A stretch of DNA of 64,000 nt from Microcystaceae cyanobacterium (GCA_041746575.1 JBGTGT010000098.1:64001-128000), one strand, 5' to 3'. Shown: positions 18,226 through 29,334, counted from the first letter of the stretch. The notes: generated by a model not told the origin, from the sequence alone. A program made the numbers and translations.

Positions 18226-19926
18226 TTACACTGTTGGCCCTGCTTTGGCTAAGATTTCTCCTGCTTCGCCAAACTGTTTAAAATTCTCCACGAAACGTTG
18301 TGCCAACTCTACCGCATATTGATGATAAGATTCGGCATCCCGCCAACTGTTGACAGGATCTAAAATCTTAGTGGGAATACCGGGAACACTTTCAGGGATC
18401 GAGACTTGGAAAATAGGGTGAGGATGATAAAGTACATGGTCTAAATGACCGTTGATCGCTGCATTAATCATCGCTCTGGTGTATTTTAAAGCAATGCGCT
18501 GACCAATGCCATAAATACCGCCAGACCATCCTGTATTGATTAAATAAACCTGAGTATCAGGATGTTGATCTAAGCGATCGCCTAGCATCTCGGCATAGAT
18601 TAAAGGAGATAACGGCAAGAAACATTGACCAAAACAAGCCGAAAACGTAACCTGTGGTGTAGTAATTCCCCGTTCTGTCCCTGCTAACTTACTGGTATAA
18701 CCCGATAGGAAATGATACATCGCCTGTTCTTTTGTGAGCTTTGCAAGGGGAGGCAATACGCCAAAAGCATCGGCGGTTAATAGAAAAATCGTTTTAGGAT
18801 GTCGCCCCATTCCCGACAAGGCACAATTAGAGATATAACCTAAAGGATAGGCCGCGCGGGTATTTTCGGTTAAATGACCGTCATCATAGTCTAAGGTGCG
18901 AGTTTGAGGGTAAAAGGTTACATTTTCGCAGAGTGTACCAAATTGAATCGCCTGCCAGATTTGGGGTTCGTTTTCTTTTGATAAGCGAATGGTTTTGGCG
19001 TAACATCCTCCTTCAAAGTTAAAAATGCCATCATCTGACCAACCATGTTCATCATCCCCAATCAAGCGACGGGTGGGATCAGCTGAAAGGGTGGTTTTGC
19101 CAGTGCCAGAAAGACCAAAGAAAAGGGCAGTGTTACCCTGTTTATCGAGGTTGGCCGCGCCGTGCATCGGTAAAACGCTTTGTTTGGTCATAAAATAGTT
19201 CATCAGGGTGAAAACAGATTTTTTGATTTCTCCTGCGTAGCGAGAGCCTCCGATAATGACCAAACGTTTGGCAATATGAAGGATAATAAAGGCTTCACTG
19301 CGAATGTCATCTTCTTGGGGATCACCCTGTAGACCGGGCATCGCAATCACGGTAAAATCTGCTTTATGATTGGCTAATTCCTCAGGAGTGGGACGCAGGA
19401 ACATTTGATGGGCAAAGAGGTTCTGAGAAGCGAGTTCGTTAATGACCCTAACCCCATAGCGATACTGGGGATCTGCCCCCACATAACCCTCAAAAATGTA
19501 GAGATCCCGACCTTGCACATAAGAAAGGATTTTGCGATAAAGCTGGCTGAATTTTTCCTCAGAAATGGGTGCATTGTGCTGGTTCCAGTCAATTTCGTCC
19601 CGACTACTGGGTTCATGGACAATAAAGCGATCATTAGGGGAACGACCTGTATATTTGCCCGTTTCTACTACTAAAGCCCCATTATCTGCCATGATTCCTT
19701 CTCCTCGCCTTAGGGCGTGTTCAATCAGTTCAGGAACCGGAAGATTGTGGTAAATTTGACCGACGTTTTTGATACCTAAGGATTCTAAGCCGTCTCCCAG
19801 ATGACCTTGTCCGTCGTTATCTCTGGTATAGTGAGGACGAGAATCGGGGGAATGGGAAACGTGAACCGAAGAACGAGCAGAATCGCTCTGCGTTTTACCA
19901 AGATGAACCATAACTGAAGCCTCCAT
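18226..19926 (-). CDS. pckA: Phosphoenolpyruvate carboxykinase (ATP)
   Basis: TGRSP, YAGEIKK, FFGLSGTGKTTLS, LIGDDEHGW, NFEGGCYAK. Confidence 0.97.
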   Translation of the reverse strand: MEASVMVHLGKTQSDSARSSVHVSHSPDSRPHYTRDNDGQGHLGDGLESLGIKNVGQIYHNLPVPELIEHALRRGEGIMADNGALVVETGKYTGRSPNDRFIVHEPSSRDEIDWNQHNAPISEEKFSQLYRKILSYVQGRDLYIFEGYVGADPQYRYGVRVINELASQNLFAHQMFLRPTPEELANHKADFTVIAMPGLQGDPQEDDIRSEAFIILHIAKRLVIIGGSRYAGEIKKSVFTLMNYFMTKQSVLPMHGAANLDKQGNTALFFGLSGTGKTTLSADPTRRLIGDDEHGWSDDGIFNFEGGCYAKTIRLSKENEPQIWQAIQFGTLCENVTFYPQTRTLDYDDGHLTENTRAAYPLGYISNCALSGMGRHPKTIFLLTADAFGVLPPLAKLTKEQAMYHFLSGYTSKLAGTERGITTPQVTFSACFGQCFLPLSPLIYAEMLGDRLDQHPDTQVYLINTGWSGGIYGIGQRIALKYTRAMINAAINGHLDHVLYHPHPIFQVSIPESVPGIPTKILDPVNSWRDAESYHQYAVELAQRFVENFKQFGEAGEILAKAGPTV

Positions 19927-20449
19927 GTCTGAAAACAGGAAACCAAGAAAGATCGCTATCGGTTGAAAAGGGGGGGTGATGGGGAAGCAGAAGATTTAAG
20001 CTTCTCGTTACATATATTAAGATTGTATTTAAGGCTAACCTTGCGACCCTTCGAAAAAGAGTTGGGTAACAACCCTATTAAAACCTTGATTAAAAAAGGT
20101 TTAGGTGCTATGATAGGAAGTCTGTCTTTCTTATTTTCCCTTATCTTTAGTTTATATTGAACCTTTTTTGATCTGAGGCATTTTAATAAAAGTTAATCAC
20201 TGTATTTTCACGGAATTTAACCTGAATTAAAGGCTTCATTCTCTTGCCTCATCAGGGCTTCAAAATATTTAAATTAAGTCAATATTTACGGTAATTTAGT
20301 CGAAATACTAAATAAATTGTTACAGTTTCTTAATATTTTTCTCATCTTGGAACCCATTTATACTGCAGGGGGTGGAATTAATCCACCCGATTCCTTTAAC
20401 TTGAGTTTGAGAGCCTCTGTTTTGGCTTTGTTGGTTAAGGTGATCTTTT

Positions 20450-20815
20450 TTAAGCTTCTACCGTTTCTGTTTCTGCTTCTGTTTCCACGACGGGAGACGA
20501 CTGCTCTTCTGTTTCTGGCTTAGCAACATCTCCAAGACGAATGGTTAGGAAGCGAATCACTAATTCACTGAGGCGCATTTCCCGTTCTAAGGGAGCGACT
20601 TGTGTGCCATCTGCTTGATAATTGAGCTGGACGTAGATTCCGTCTTGGAATTTCTGGATAGGATAAGCTAACCGACGTTTGCCCCAAATATTGCTGGTGA
20701 GGTTTTGGACTTTGTATTGTGCCAAAAATTCCTCATATTGAGTCACTTGCTGTTTCACCTGTTCCTCAATTAAGTCAGGACGCAGGATATAAATCATTTC
20801 GTAGGATTGGTTCAT
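20450..20815 (-). CDS. rpsF: 30S ribosomal protein S6
   Basis: [24 protein letters not shown]. Confidence 0.97.
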   Translation of the reverse strand: MNQSYEMIYILRPDLIEEQVKQQVTQYEEFLAQYKVQNLTSNIWGKRRLAYPIQKFQDGIYVQLNYQADGTQVAPLEREMRLSELVIRFLTIRLGDVAKPETEEQSSPVVETEAETETVEA

Positions 20816-20828
20816 AGATTTAGGATTT

Positions 20829-20904
20829 CCTTATGGACACTAGGGCTTCTTATTGACCGAATTTTTGAATAATCAAGGTATTTCAGTCTTTTTCAGAAGC
20901 AAGG
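20829..20904 (-). promoter_or_regulatory. Candidate S6:S18-binding 5' leader of rpsF
   Basis: Minus strand CCTT pairs with the AAGG Shine-Dalgarno; GCTTCT pairs with AGAAGC; CC-containing bulge on the 3' side. Confidence 0.55.
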
Positions 20905-21045
20905 CTTTGAGCCAAATTCCTATGAAGGTTAGAAATTTAGCCCGATTGACCATTCTAGCAGGAAACGTGATCCAATTGCACTTGTGCTTAGAGAACCGTG
21001 AATCATTTGTCCTGAAAACCGAAAAATAGGCTCCCTAAACTGAGC

Positions 21046-22236
21046 TTACTTACCCATGCCTAATTGTTGAGCTTTTTGATAGACTTTACCTTCCGTTAGC
21101 AAAGAAGGCGCAATAACGACCTCTACCTGTTGCATTTCTTGCATATTCTTCGCCCCTAACGTTCCCATACTGGTTTTTAATGCCCCCAGTAAGTTATGGG
21201 TTCCATCATCTAATTTAGCAGGACCCGTGAGGATTTCAGCGATCGTTCCGGTTGTTCCCACATTGATCCTTGTACCACGAGGTAATACAGGGCTAGGAGT
21301 CGCCATCCCCCAATGATAACCACGACCGGGAGCTTCTGCCGCTCTCGCAATGGGTGAACCAATCATCACCGCATCGGCACCACACGCAATACACTTACAG
21401 ATGTCACCCCCTGTCACAATGCCTCCATCTGCAATAACAGGGATATAACGCCCGCTTTCTTGGAAATAATCATCTCTTGCCCCAGCACAGTCTGCTACCG
21501 CCGTCGCTTGCGGAACCCCGACACCTAACACTCCGCGAGAAGTACAAGCCGCACCCGGCCCAATCCCGACTAAAATGGCGGCCGCCCCAGCTTTCATTAG
21601 ATTAAGGGCGACTTCGTAGGTCACACAGTTGCCCAAAATCACGGGCATCGGCATTTCTTGGCAAAATTGACTTAAATCTAGGGGCTTTACAGATTCAGAA
21701 GATAAATGCGCCGTCGATACGACTGTTGCTTGCACAAAGACTAAATCTGCTCCAGCTTTTGCCACGAGTTCTCCATACTGCCCTGCCCCGGCGGGAGTTA
21801 AACTCACCGCCGCAATACCCCCTTGAGCTTTAATATCTGTAATTCTTTGGGTGATCAATTCAGGTTTGATCGGTTTAGCGTAGAGTTCCTGCATTAGTCC
21901 CACAAATTCGGTTTTTCCGACCGATACAATGAGATCAAGAATCGGGTTAGGGTTATCATAGCGGGTTTGAATACCTTCTAAATTTAAGACCCCGATTGCC
22001 CCTAATTGAGCAAGATGGACAGCCATCGGCACATCCACCACCCCATCCATGGCACTCGCTAAAATAGGGATTTGCCGTTGAATAGAGCCAATTGTCCAGC
22101 TTGTGTCGGCTAGACTAGGGTCAAGGGTTCGCCCCCCCGGAACAAGCGCAATTTCGTCAATTCCATAGGCTCGGCGAGCCGTTTTGCCCTTACCAATCAT
22201 CGTTTCCACCGTTATCGTCTCTCTTTCTGAATCCAT
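21046..22236 (-). CDS. guaB: IMP dehydrogenase-related protein, GuaB3 family
   Basis: [29 protein letters not shown]; no CBS domains. Confidence 0.88.
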   Translation of the reverse strand: MDSERETITVETMIGKGKTARRAYGIDEIALVPGGRTLDPSLADTSWTIGSIQRQIPILASAMDGVVDVPMAVHLAQLGAIGVLNLEGIQTRYDNPNPILDLIVSVGKTEFVGLMQELYAKPIKPELITQRITDIKAQGGIAAVSLTPAGAGQYGELVAKAGADLVFVQATVVSTAHLSSESVKPLDLSQFCQEMPMPVILGNCVTYEVALNLMKAGAAAILVGIGPGAACTSRGVLGVGVPQATAVADCAGARDDYFQESGRYIPVIADGGIVTGGDICKCIACGADAVMIGSPIARAAEAPGRGYHWGMATPSPVLPRGTRINVGTTGTIAEILTGPAKLDDGTHNLLGALKTSMGTLGAKNMQEMQQVEVVIAPSLLTEGKVYQKAQQLGMGK

Positions 22237-22396
22237 TAAGCTAGGCTAACAAATTTTGGCACAATTGAAAACTGGTTAAACGGTTGAGCGGAAGCCCGTT
22301 TGTTGTTCAGTCAACTTGCTTTTTTCCTTTTCGCAACAAGGCCAGATTACTGCAATAATGGTGAGAGTAAGCCCAAGGTAAGCCAGTAGAAAACAA

Positions 22397-24385
22397 GTGG
22401 AAAAGGGAACGTTAGTCGAAGTAAAAATTCAAGGAGAACGTCGCCTTGCCGTGGTTGACCGTCCTGAAGGGAAAAAAGACTGGATTGTGATCGATCAAGG
22501 GGGACAATCCCATAAAATTCGCCCACAAAGGGTCGAATACACGATTAATGGTCAATCTTACACTTATCAAGAGATCCCCGCCTTTTTGCAAGCCGTCGAA
22601 AAATATCTCGATCCGTCTAATCTCGCCATCGCTTGGGAGTTACTGGTTGAAGAGGGAACGCCTGTTACCCCCGAAGAATTGGCGCAACTTATTTTTTCTG
22701 AGGAAGAGGCGGCCGTTTTCTATGCCGCCCATTGTTTATTGTCTGATGACAAAATCTACTTTAAAAAGAAAGGGGAGGGCTACGATCCTCGATCCGCTAG
22801 TCAAGTCGAAGAAATTAAACACCAACTCGACGTTCAAACTCAGCGAGGTCAAGAGAAAGAAGAATTTATCGGTCATATTCAGTCCGCTTTAGCCGGAGAA
22901 ACCGTTAAATGGACAGACAGCGATTACCAAAGATTGGAAATTCTCGAACGTTTTGTGCTGTATCCTGACAATAATCCCCGTCAGGCGCAAGAGATTTTAA
23001 CGTTAATCGGACAATCTGCCACCCCCGACCAAACGTTGGAGCTATTGGTTAACCTTAAATGGTGGAGTCCCCACGAAAACCTCTTTCTTCGCCGAAGTGG
23101 TTATCCACTCCAATTTTCTCGAAAGGTACTCAATGTGGCCCAATCTTGCTTAGAATCTCCTCCCCCCGATCCGGATCTCCAACGACGGGATTTAACACCG
23201 TTAAAGGTTTATACCATTGATGATGAAAGTACCACCGAAATTGATGATGGTCTGAGTGTAGAACGTTTAGCCGATGGCAAGGTGCGTTTATGGATTCATA
23301 TTGCCGATCCCAGTCGCTTGATTTCTCCTGAAGATGAGTTGGATTTAGAAGCAAGACGGCGCAGTACCAGTCTTTACTTGCCTACCGGCATGATTTCCAT
23401 GTTTCCCACGGAATTAGCGACCGGGCCAATGAGTTTAGTCCAAGGTCAAGATTGTGCGGCCTTAAGTTTTGGCGTTATTTTAGATGAAACGGGAGCCGTA
23501 GAAGCCTATGAAATTGCGCCGAGTCGAATTAAGCCAACTTATCGCTTAACGTATGAGGATGTCGATGAAATATTGCATTTAAACATTCAAGCAGAATCAG
23601 AGATTCAGATTCTCGCCCAAGCGGCACAGTTGCGTCATCAATGGCGGCAAAGCCAAGGTTCTATTAATATTGCCATGCCAGAATCCTCGATCAAGGTGAA
23701 GTCGGATGAGGAAATTGTGATTGAGTTATTAGATAATTCCCCTTCTCGGCGATTAGTGGCAGAAATGATGATTTTAGCCGGAGAAGTTGCCGGAAAGTAT
23801 TGTCAAGATCACGGGATTCCTGTTCCTTTTAGGGGACAACCCCAGCCGGATCTACCCCCTGAAGAGGAGTTATTAATCCTCCCTGCCGGTCCTGTGCGCG
23901 CTTGTGCTTTGCGCCGTTGTATGCCCCGTAGTGAGATTAGCACGATTCCCAGTCGTCACGCTAGTCTTGGCTTAGATACCTATACACAGGTGACTTCACC
24001 GATTCGGCGTTATACGGATCTTTTAACCCATTTTCAACTCAAGGCCCACTTAAGGGGCGATCCGTTGCCTTTTTCCACTGAGCAAGTTCAACAAATTCTC
24101 TACAGTGTGACTCAATCCGCTTATGAAGCTGTGTTAGTGGAAAGACAAACCAATCGTTATTGGTGTCTAGAATATTTGCGCCGCCAGTCCGACCAAGTAT
24201 GGCAAGGATTAGTCTTAAGATGGTTGCGGGAAGACGAAAATTTGGCGATTATCCTGCTTGAAGAGTTGGGCATCGAATTACCTCATCGCTTTGAACGCAA
24301 GGTCATTTTAGGCGATCGCATTCAAGTACAAGTCAGTCGCTCTGATCCCCATCGAGATGAAATTCGCTTTAAAGAAATCGAATAG
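22397..24385 (+). CDS. rnb: Ribonuclease II (RNB family)
   Basis: TIDDESTTEIDDG, HIADP, VAEMMILAG, YTQVTSPIRRYTDL. Confidence 0.92.
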   Translation: MEKGTLVEVKIQGERRLAVVDRPEGKKDWIVIDQGGQSHKIRPQRVEYTINGQSYTYQEIPAFLQAVEKYLDPSNLAIAWELLVEEGTPVTPEELAQLIFSEEEAAVFYAAHCLLSDDKIYFKKKGEGYDPRSASQVEEIKHQLDVQTQRGQEKEEFIGHIQSALAGETVKWTDSDYQRLEILERFVLYPDNNPRQAQEILTLIGQSATPDQTLELLVNLKWWSPHENLFLRRSGYPLQFSRKVLNVAQSCLESPPPDPDLQRRDLTPLKVYTIDDESTTEIDDGLSVERLADGKVRLWIHIADPSRLISPEDELDLEARRRSTSLYLPTGMISMFPTELATGPMSLVQGQDCAALSFGVILDETGAVEAYEIAPSRIKPTYRLTYEDVDEILHLNIQAESEIQILAQAAQLRHQWRQSQGSINIAMPESSIKVKSDEEIVIELLDNSPSRRLVAEMMILAGEVAGKYCQDHGIPVPFRGQPQPDLPPEEELLILPAGPVRACALRRCMPRSEISTIPSRHASLGLDTYTQVTSPIRRYTDLLTHFQLKAHLRGDPLPFSTEQVQQILYSVTQSAYEAVLVERQTNRYWCLEYLRRQSDQVWQGLVLRWLREDENLAIILLEELGIELPHRFERKVILGDRIQVQVSRSDPHRDEIRFKEIE

Positions 24386-24473
24386 TATTTAAGTAAATTT
24401 GCTTAAATGGGTCGGTTATAATGATCGACTTTTCGTTATACTGCAAACAGTGACGCTTAAATCTGAGTTAAAT

Positions 24474-24833
24474 ATGAATCCTACGACAATTTTAGAATTT
24501 TCACGAAACAATTGCCTCGGAATTTGTGCTTTGCTCGTTCCCGCTAGTTTAATCGCTACATCACAAACCTTAATACTGGTTTTTCGGAATACTTCTCCCC
24601 GTTACCGCTATTTTTCGGTAGGGTTAGCTTCCTTCTTTGCGATTTTACAGATTCTTCATGTGGCTTCTTGGTTTGTAATTGGCATTGTTACCCCTGTAAG
24701 CTTTATTTTGCTGAGTTTATCATCTTTTTGCTTGTTTTTGAATCTTTGGACCGCTTCAAATCCTCTCAGTTATCGCTTTTTGCTCAACGTTGGTTTCGGT
24801 CAACTACAACGCTTTACCCCCAAAAAAGCTTAG
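24474..24833 (+). CDS. Conserved cyanobacterial membrane protein
   Basis: EFSRNNCLGICALLVP...HVASWFVIGIV with several TM helices; ATG at 24474 preferred. Confidence 0.7.
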   Translation: MNPTTILEFSRNNCLGICALLVPASLIATSQTLILVFRNTSPRYRYFSVGLASFFAILQILHVASWFVIGIVTPVSFILLSLSSFCLFLNLWTASNPLSYRFLLNVGFGQLQRFTPKKA

Positions 24834-24845
24834 TAGATTTCTTCC

Positions 24846-25379
24846 CTAAGAGAACGATAACAAGGTTTCTACAGAAGCATTAGGCGAGAAAAAAGAGAAT
24901 AAATGTTTATAGCGCAAAATTCCCTCTGAATCAAGGAGAAATTGAGCCGGAAGGGGTGCGCCTAATGCTTGACCTGTCCCATATCGCCGAAAAAGATGAC
25001 ATTCAGGATGACTTAATAAGGGCATTTGTAAGTCTAAATCCCTTGCCACGATCTTGCTTTGTCGGAAATCAGTGCTAGTTATCATTAAAATCTCTATATT
25101 CTTGTCCTGAAATCGCTGATAGTTTTCGTTTAATTCTTTGATATGAGGATAACAAAAAGGACAATATTGCTTTTCTGTGAAAATACGCGTAAACGCTAAA
25201 ATAACAGGGCTTTTTTCTCTATAGTTTGACAATTTTAGAGGTTGTTCCGTTTGGACCTGAATTAATTGAAAGTCAGGAGTCAATTCCCCCAAAGATAGAT
25301 GATTTAAGGCAGGAATAGGGATAAGATTCCGTGCGAATCGTTGATTGAATAAACCCGAAAAATCAGTAGAAGTTAACAT
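24846..25379 (-). CDS. Peroxiredoxin-like (AhpC/TSA, redoxin) protein
   Basis: PDFQL, FTRIFTEKQYCPFC CxxC motif, PAQFLLD..G. Confidence 0.85.
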   Translation of the reverse strand: MLTSTDFSGLFNQRFARNLIPIPALNHLSLGELTPDFQLIQVQTEQPLKLSNYREKSPVILAFTRIFTEKQYCPFCYPHIKELNENYQRFQDKNIEILMITSTDFRQSKIVARDLDLQMPLLSHPECHLFRRYGTGQALGAPLPAQFLLDSEGILRYKHLFSFFSPNASVETLLSFS

Positions 25380-25427
25380 GGCTTTTTCATTCTATTGTTA
25401 ATAAGGTATTGTCCCTAGGATAACAGC

Positions 25428-26573
25428 TTAGCGAAAATTAACTTGCAAAATCGAAAGATCATCACCAAATATTTCGGATTGCGTTTTAGCGCGAATTAAA
25501 GATAACAGATAATCTAAAGTATGGGAAGAATCTAACTGATACTGTTCTAATAAAGTTATAAAATTAGATAGTCCTAGGATTTTGCCATTGGGTTGAGGAA
25601 TTTCATAAATTCCATCACTGAAAAGGTACAAAGAAGCCGGAAAATTGAGGGGACAAACCTCTTCACGATAATCGGTATCCAGAAAAAGTCCGACGGGGAA
25701 ACCGTGCGTTTTCAAGAATGTTGTTTGCCATTGATCAGCAAAGTTTTTAGACAGTAAAATAGCGGGTGGATGCCCGGCACTCGCAAATCTTACTTGATAT
25801 TTTCTTCGTTCATATACCCCATACCAAATCGTAAAGTATTTATCATTACGTTGATTCATTTGAAATAAACGATTTAATTCCTCTAAAACCGAAGCAGGTT
25901 GATAATAATTAACATGGGGTAAACTCTGCGATCGCAATAAATTAATCACCGATAAAGAAGGTAACGCAGACCGTAAACCATGACCTGAAACGTCTAAAAG
26001 ATAAAAAACAAAATGATCTTCATCTAACCAAAAATAATCAAATCCATCCCCTCCCAATTGACGCGAAGGAATGAAACGCCCATCAATGCTAAGAATTTCT
26101 GTTTCCAATGGTTCGGGTAAAATGGATTGCACATATTCTGCTGCCTCGGCTAATTCTGCCTCTAATAAATGTTTTTGTTGTTGCAAATCTTCACTTAACT
26201 GATGTAATCTTAATCCTGCCCTCAACCTCGCCTCTAATTCACTCATGTCGATGGGTTTACACAAGAAATCATCTGCACCCGCATCTAATCCTTTTACTCG
26301 ATCCTCCACTGACCCTAGGGATGTTAATAAAATAAAAAAAGTGGTAGATAAAATAGAATTTCCCTTCACTTGTCGACAAACTTCTAAGCCATCCATCCCC
26401 GGCATTAACCAATCACAGATAATCAAAGAAGGATGCTGATTTAGAGCTTTTTCTAAGCCAATTTTACCATTTTCAGCCAATTGAATCTGATAACCACTAC
26501 GAGTTAAAGCGCGATCAAGCAGACGACGCACCGTGGGATCATCATCAATAATCAGAATTTGTGTCATTGTCAA
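25428..26573 (-). CDS. Response-regulator receiver fused to SpoIIE/PP2C phosphatase (RsbU-like)
   Basis: IDDD...CDWLMP...KP receiver; GGD, DVSGHG, SAGHPP, FSDG, DDLS phosphatase motifs. Confidence 0.93.
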   Translation of the reverse strand: MTMTQILIIDDDPTVRRLLDRALTRSGYQIQLAENGKIGLEKALNQHPSLIICDWLMPGMDGLEVCRQVKGNSILSTTFFILLTSLGSVEDRVKGLDAGADDFLCKPIDMSELEARLRAGLRLHQLSEDLQQQKHLLEAELAEAAEYVQSILPEPLETEILSIDGRFIPSRQLGGDGFDYFWLDEDHFVFYLLDVSGHGLRSALPSLSVINLLRSQSLPHVNYYQPASVLEELNRLFQMNQRNDKYFTIWYGVYERRKYQVRFASAGHPPAILLSKNFADQWQTTFLKTHGFPVGLFLDTDYREEVCPLNFPASLYLFSDGIYEIPQPNGKILGLSNFITLLEQYQLDSSHTLDYLLSLIRAKTQSEIFGDDLSILQVNFR

Positions 26574-26721
26574 TAAGATTAGCAGACGAATAGGACGAAC
26601 TTAAACCCGATTTTAAACCCTAATGCCGCTTACACCTTTGATAATACTGCACAAAAAGTTTGCTTTAGTAAATAAATGGATTCATAATTCTTGATCCTTT
26701 ATCATTTAAGCTAAAAGGAAG

Positions 26722-27165
26722 ATGTTGGATGGAAAAAAATTGAGTAGCTCGCAAACGCTGACTTTTGAGATACAAAGCAACCTGAAACACCTTGATCAAG
26801 TTCTAGAACGCTTTGATCAACTTTATCAGCCTTGGATTATCAAAAAAGACTGGTTACAATGCCAACTCGCCTTGGCAGAAGGATTTACAAATGCCGTTCG
26901 CCATGCCCACGCCCAGCTTCCCGAAATTACTCCCATTAAAATTGAATTTCAATTGCAATCTGAGCGCTTAGAAATACGGATTTGGGATCAAGGTTCACCC
27001 TTTGATTTGTTGGAGTATCTCGATAAATTACAAGGAAAAGAACGACAATTACAAAGTCATGGTCAAGGATTATTCATTTTACAAAAGATTGCTACTCATC
27101 TCAGTTATACTCGAACAGCCGATCAGCAAAATTGTCTGTTGATTATTAAAACGTTATCCCGTTAA
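26722..27165 (+). CDS. Anti-sigma factor / Ser-Thr kinase (RsbW-like HATPase)
   Basis: LAEGFTNAVRHAH, IWDQG.PFD, HGQGL. Confidence 0.9.
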   Translation: MLDGKKLSSSQTLTFEIQSNLKHLDQVLERFDQLYQPWIIKKDWLQCQLALAEGFTNAVRHAHAQLPEITPIKIEFQLQSERLEIRIWDQGSPFDLLEYLDKLQGKERQLQSHGQGLFILQKIATHLSYTRTADQQNCLLIIKTLSR

Positions 27166-27172
27166 AAAGGCT

Positions 27173-27994
27173 ATGAATTTCTTATCTTCCCTGATTTCAG
27201 TTGAATGGCTATTTGATCATCTTAACGAACCTAATCTTATCATTGTTGATTGTCGCTTCCAATTAAGCGATTCTGAGCAAGGTTATGAACAATATCGGCT
27301 GAATCATATTCCCCACGCTGTTTATCTGCATCTAGATCAAGATTTATCCGCTAGCCTCAGCCAACATGGGGGACGACATCCTTTACCCTCGGTTGACCAA
27401 TTAACGCAGGTTTTTAACCGTATTGGCCTCCATGCTGATAGTTTCGTGGTTGCTTATGATCATTCTCGTTTTGCCTTTGCCGCACGGTTATGGTGGCTTT
27501 TACGCTACTGTGGTCATCAGAAGGTGGCGTTATTAGATGGGGGATGGTCAGCTTGGCAAAAAGAAGGATATCCTGTGACAAAAGAGATTTATCAGCCAAA
27601 ATTAGGAAATTTTAAGCCAGAAATTCAAGAAAATTGGGTGGTAGATATTGAAACCGTAAAAAGGCGGAAGGATTTATCGTCTGTCGTTCTCGTCGATGCC
27701 AGAGAAAGCGATCGCTATTTAGGCAAACGAGAACCCCTTGATCCCGTTGCAGGTGCCATTGAGGGGGCAATTAACGTCCCTTGGCTCCAAATCACCACCG
27801 ATCAAGGTCTGCTCAAACCCTTAGAATTTCAAAAGAATCTTTGGAAAAATTATAAAAATGCAGAAGAAATTATTGTTTACTGTGGATCTGGTGTAACAGC
27901 CTGTGTGGACTTATTCTCTCTTCATTTGATTGGCTTTAACAATCCCCGACTTTATGGGGGAGGATGGAGCGATTGGTGTTCCTATCTGCGTTAA
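27173..27994 (+). CDS. Two-domain rhodanese / sulfurtransferase (SseA-like)
   Basis: HIPHA, GRHPLP, ARLWW, DAR, YCGSGVTAC, YGGGWSDW. Confidence 0.92.
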   Translation: MNFLSSLISVEWLFDHLNEPNLIIVDCRFQLSDSEQGYEQYRLNHIPHAVYLHLDQDLSASLSQHGGRHPLPSVDQLTQVFNRIGLHADSFVVAYDHSRFAFAARLWWLLRYCGHQKVALLDGGWSAWQKEGYPVTKEIYQPKLGNFKPEIQENWVVDIETVKRRKDLSSVVLVDARESDRYLGKREPLDPVAGAIEGAINVPWLQITTDQGLLKPLEFQKNLWKNYKNAEEIIVYCGSGVTACVDLFSLHLIGFNNPRLYGGGWSDWCSYLR

Positions 27995-28183
27995 TTGAGA
28001 AAGGCTTGTACAATCTAAGGGAGTAAAGGAGAATTTATCTCTAAACCCCTTCTTAGTGGTGATCCCACCTTCATGAGAGAATTGTGAATTCGAAGGAACA
28101 ATTTCCTTTGAGGGATAAATATTGCTAAGATAATAAACTAACTAAATTATCTATCTATTTATTACTAATCCATTCTATTTTCT

Positions 28184-28732
28184 ATGACTAATGTTAATAA
28201 TAATGGTTGTCCGTACCCTCGAGTTCGGCTATCGATCTTTGTTGATGGGAATAATATGTTTTATGCACAACAGAAAAATGGTTGGTTCTTCGATCCGAGA
28301 CGAGTGTTAGCCTATTTTACGCGTGATCCCGTCATCGATTTAATTAATGCTTTTTGGTATACCGGACTAAAAGATTCGCAAGATCAACGAGGCTTTCGTG
28401 ATGCTTTGATTAGTTTGGGCTACACGGTACGTACTAAAATTTTAAAAGAATATTATGATGATACCTCAGGTCGCTATTCTCAAAAAGCGAATTTAGATAT
28501 TGAAATTGTGGTAGATATGTTTAATACTGTCGATCAATATGATCGGGTAATTTTATTTAGTGGCGATGGAGACTTTGAACGGGCGATTGAATTATTGCGT
28601 TCTAAAAATACTCATATTACCGTCGTTTCAACTGAAGGAATGATCGCCAGAGAACTTAGAAATGCGACCGATCGTTATATTGATTTAAACGATATTCGAG
28701 ATCAAATTGAAAAAAATGATTATAGTTTTTAA
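28184..28732 (+). CDS. labA: NYN-domain protein LabA
   Basis: IFVDGNNMFYAQQKNGWFFDPRRVL...SGDGDFERAIELLR...ELRNATDRYIDL. Confidence 0.88.
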   Translation: MTNVNNNGCPYPRVRLSIFVDGNNMFYAQQKNGWFFDPRRVLAYFTRDPVIDLINAFWYTGLKDSQDQRGFRDALISLGYTVRTKILKEYYDDTSGRYSQKANLDIEIVVDMFNTVDQYDRVILFSGDGDFERAIELLRSKNTHITVVSTEGMIARELRNATDRYIDLNDIRDQIEKNDYSF

Positions 28733-28919
28733 GCTTAACTTAGCTATTTCTTCCGACTGCCCGTCCTTTGCCCCCTGTCTTCTCTTTCCTAATTTTTTTA
28801 AACCATGAACATTAAGGGTTTTATAGATTTCTTAAGTTTAACTTTAAAAAGTAGGATGAGGATTGCCCGAACCTGCAATATATTAGTATAGATACTTTTA
28901 AATCTCCTTATAGACCCTC

Positions 28920-29324
28920 GTGCCAAATTCCCACAAAACGATTAAAGTTGACTTAAATAACGATTATCCCTGTCCTTGTCGTCGCCGCAGCAAACTACAG
29001 CCGATTGTCTTAACTGAAGCCTTTGGTTGCGATCGCTGTCAACAAATCTTTGTTTTAGACGAAAAAGGCCAAGTTATTGAGCAATTATCCTCTAGTTATC
29101 CCTATAAACGGGCGTGGCGTTGGTCAGGTTATCGGTGGATTCCCCTGCGTCCTGGCCTTGGTCAGAGTTCTTTCCCCTTCTTTATGGGCATGATGACGAT
29201 GATGCTTACGGTCGGATTAATGTTAGCATGGCGATCGCAAATTAGCTTATTATTGTGGACAATTCTCGCCTTGTTGCTCGTGGTGCTACCGGCCGTGATC
29301 TTCTGGCTTGTCTATCGCCGTTAA
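28920..29324 (+). CDS. Conserved hypothetical protein, Cys-rich N-terminus plus two C-terminal TM helices
   Basis: YPCPCRRR...EAFGCDRCQQIF...WRWSG; hydrophobic C-terminus. Confidence 0.75.
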   Translation: MPNSHKTIKVDLNNDYPCPCRRRSKLQPIVLTEAFGCDRCQQIFVLDEKGQVIEQLSSSYPYKRAWRWSGYRWIPLRPGLGQSSFPFFMGMMTMMLTVGLMLAWRSQISLLLWTILALLLVVLPAVIFWLVYRR

Positions 29325-29334
29325 GGGTTCAGCT

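Noticed and set aside
19963..20523. Small plus-strand ORFs between pckA and rpsF
   Set aside because: TTG starts, low complexity, one is antisense to rpsF; no coding evidence
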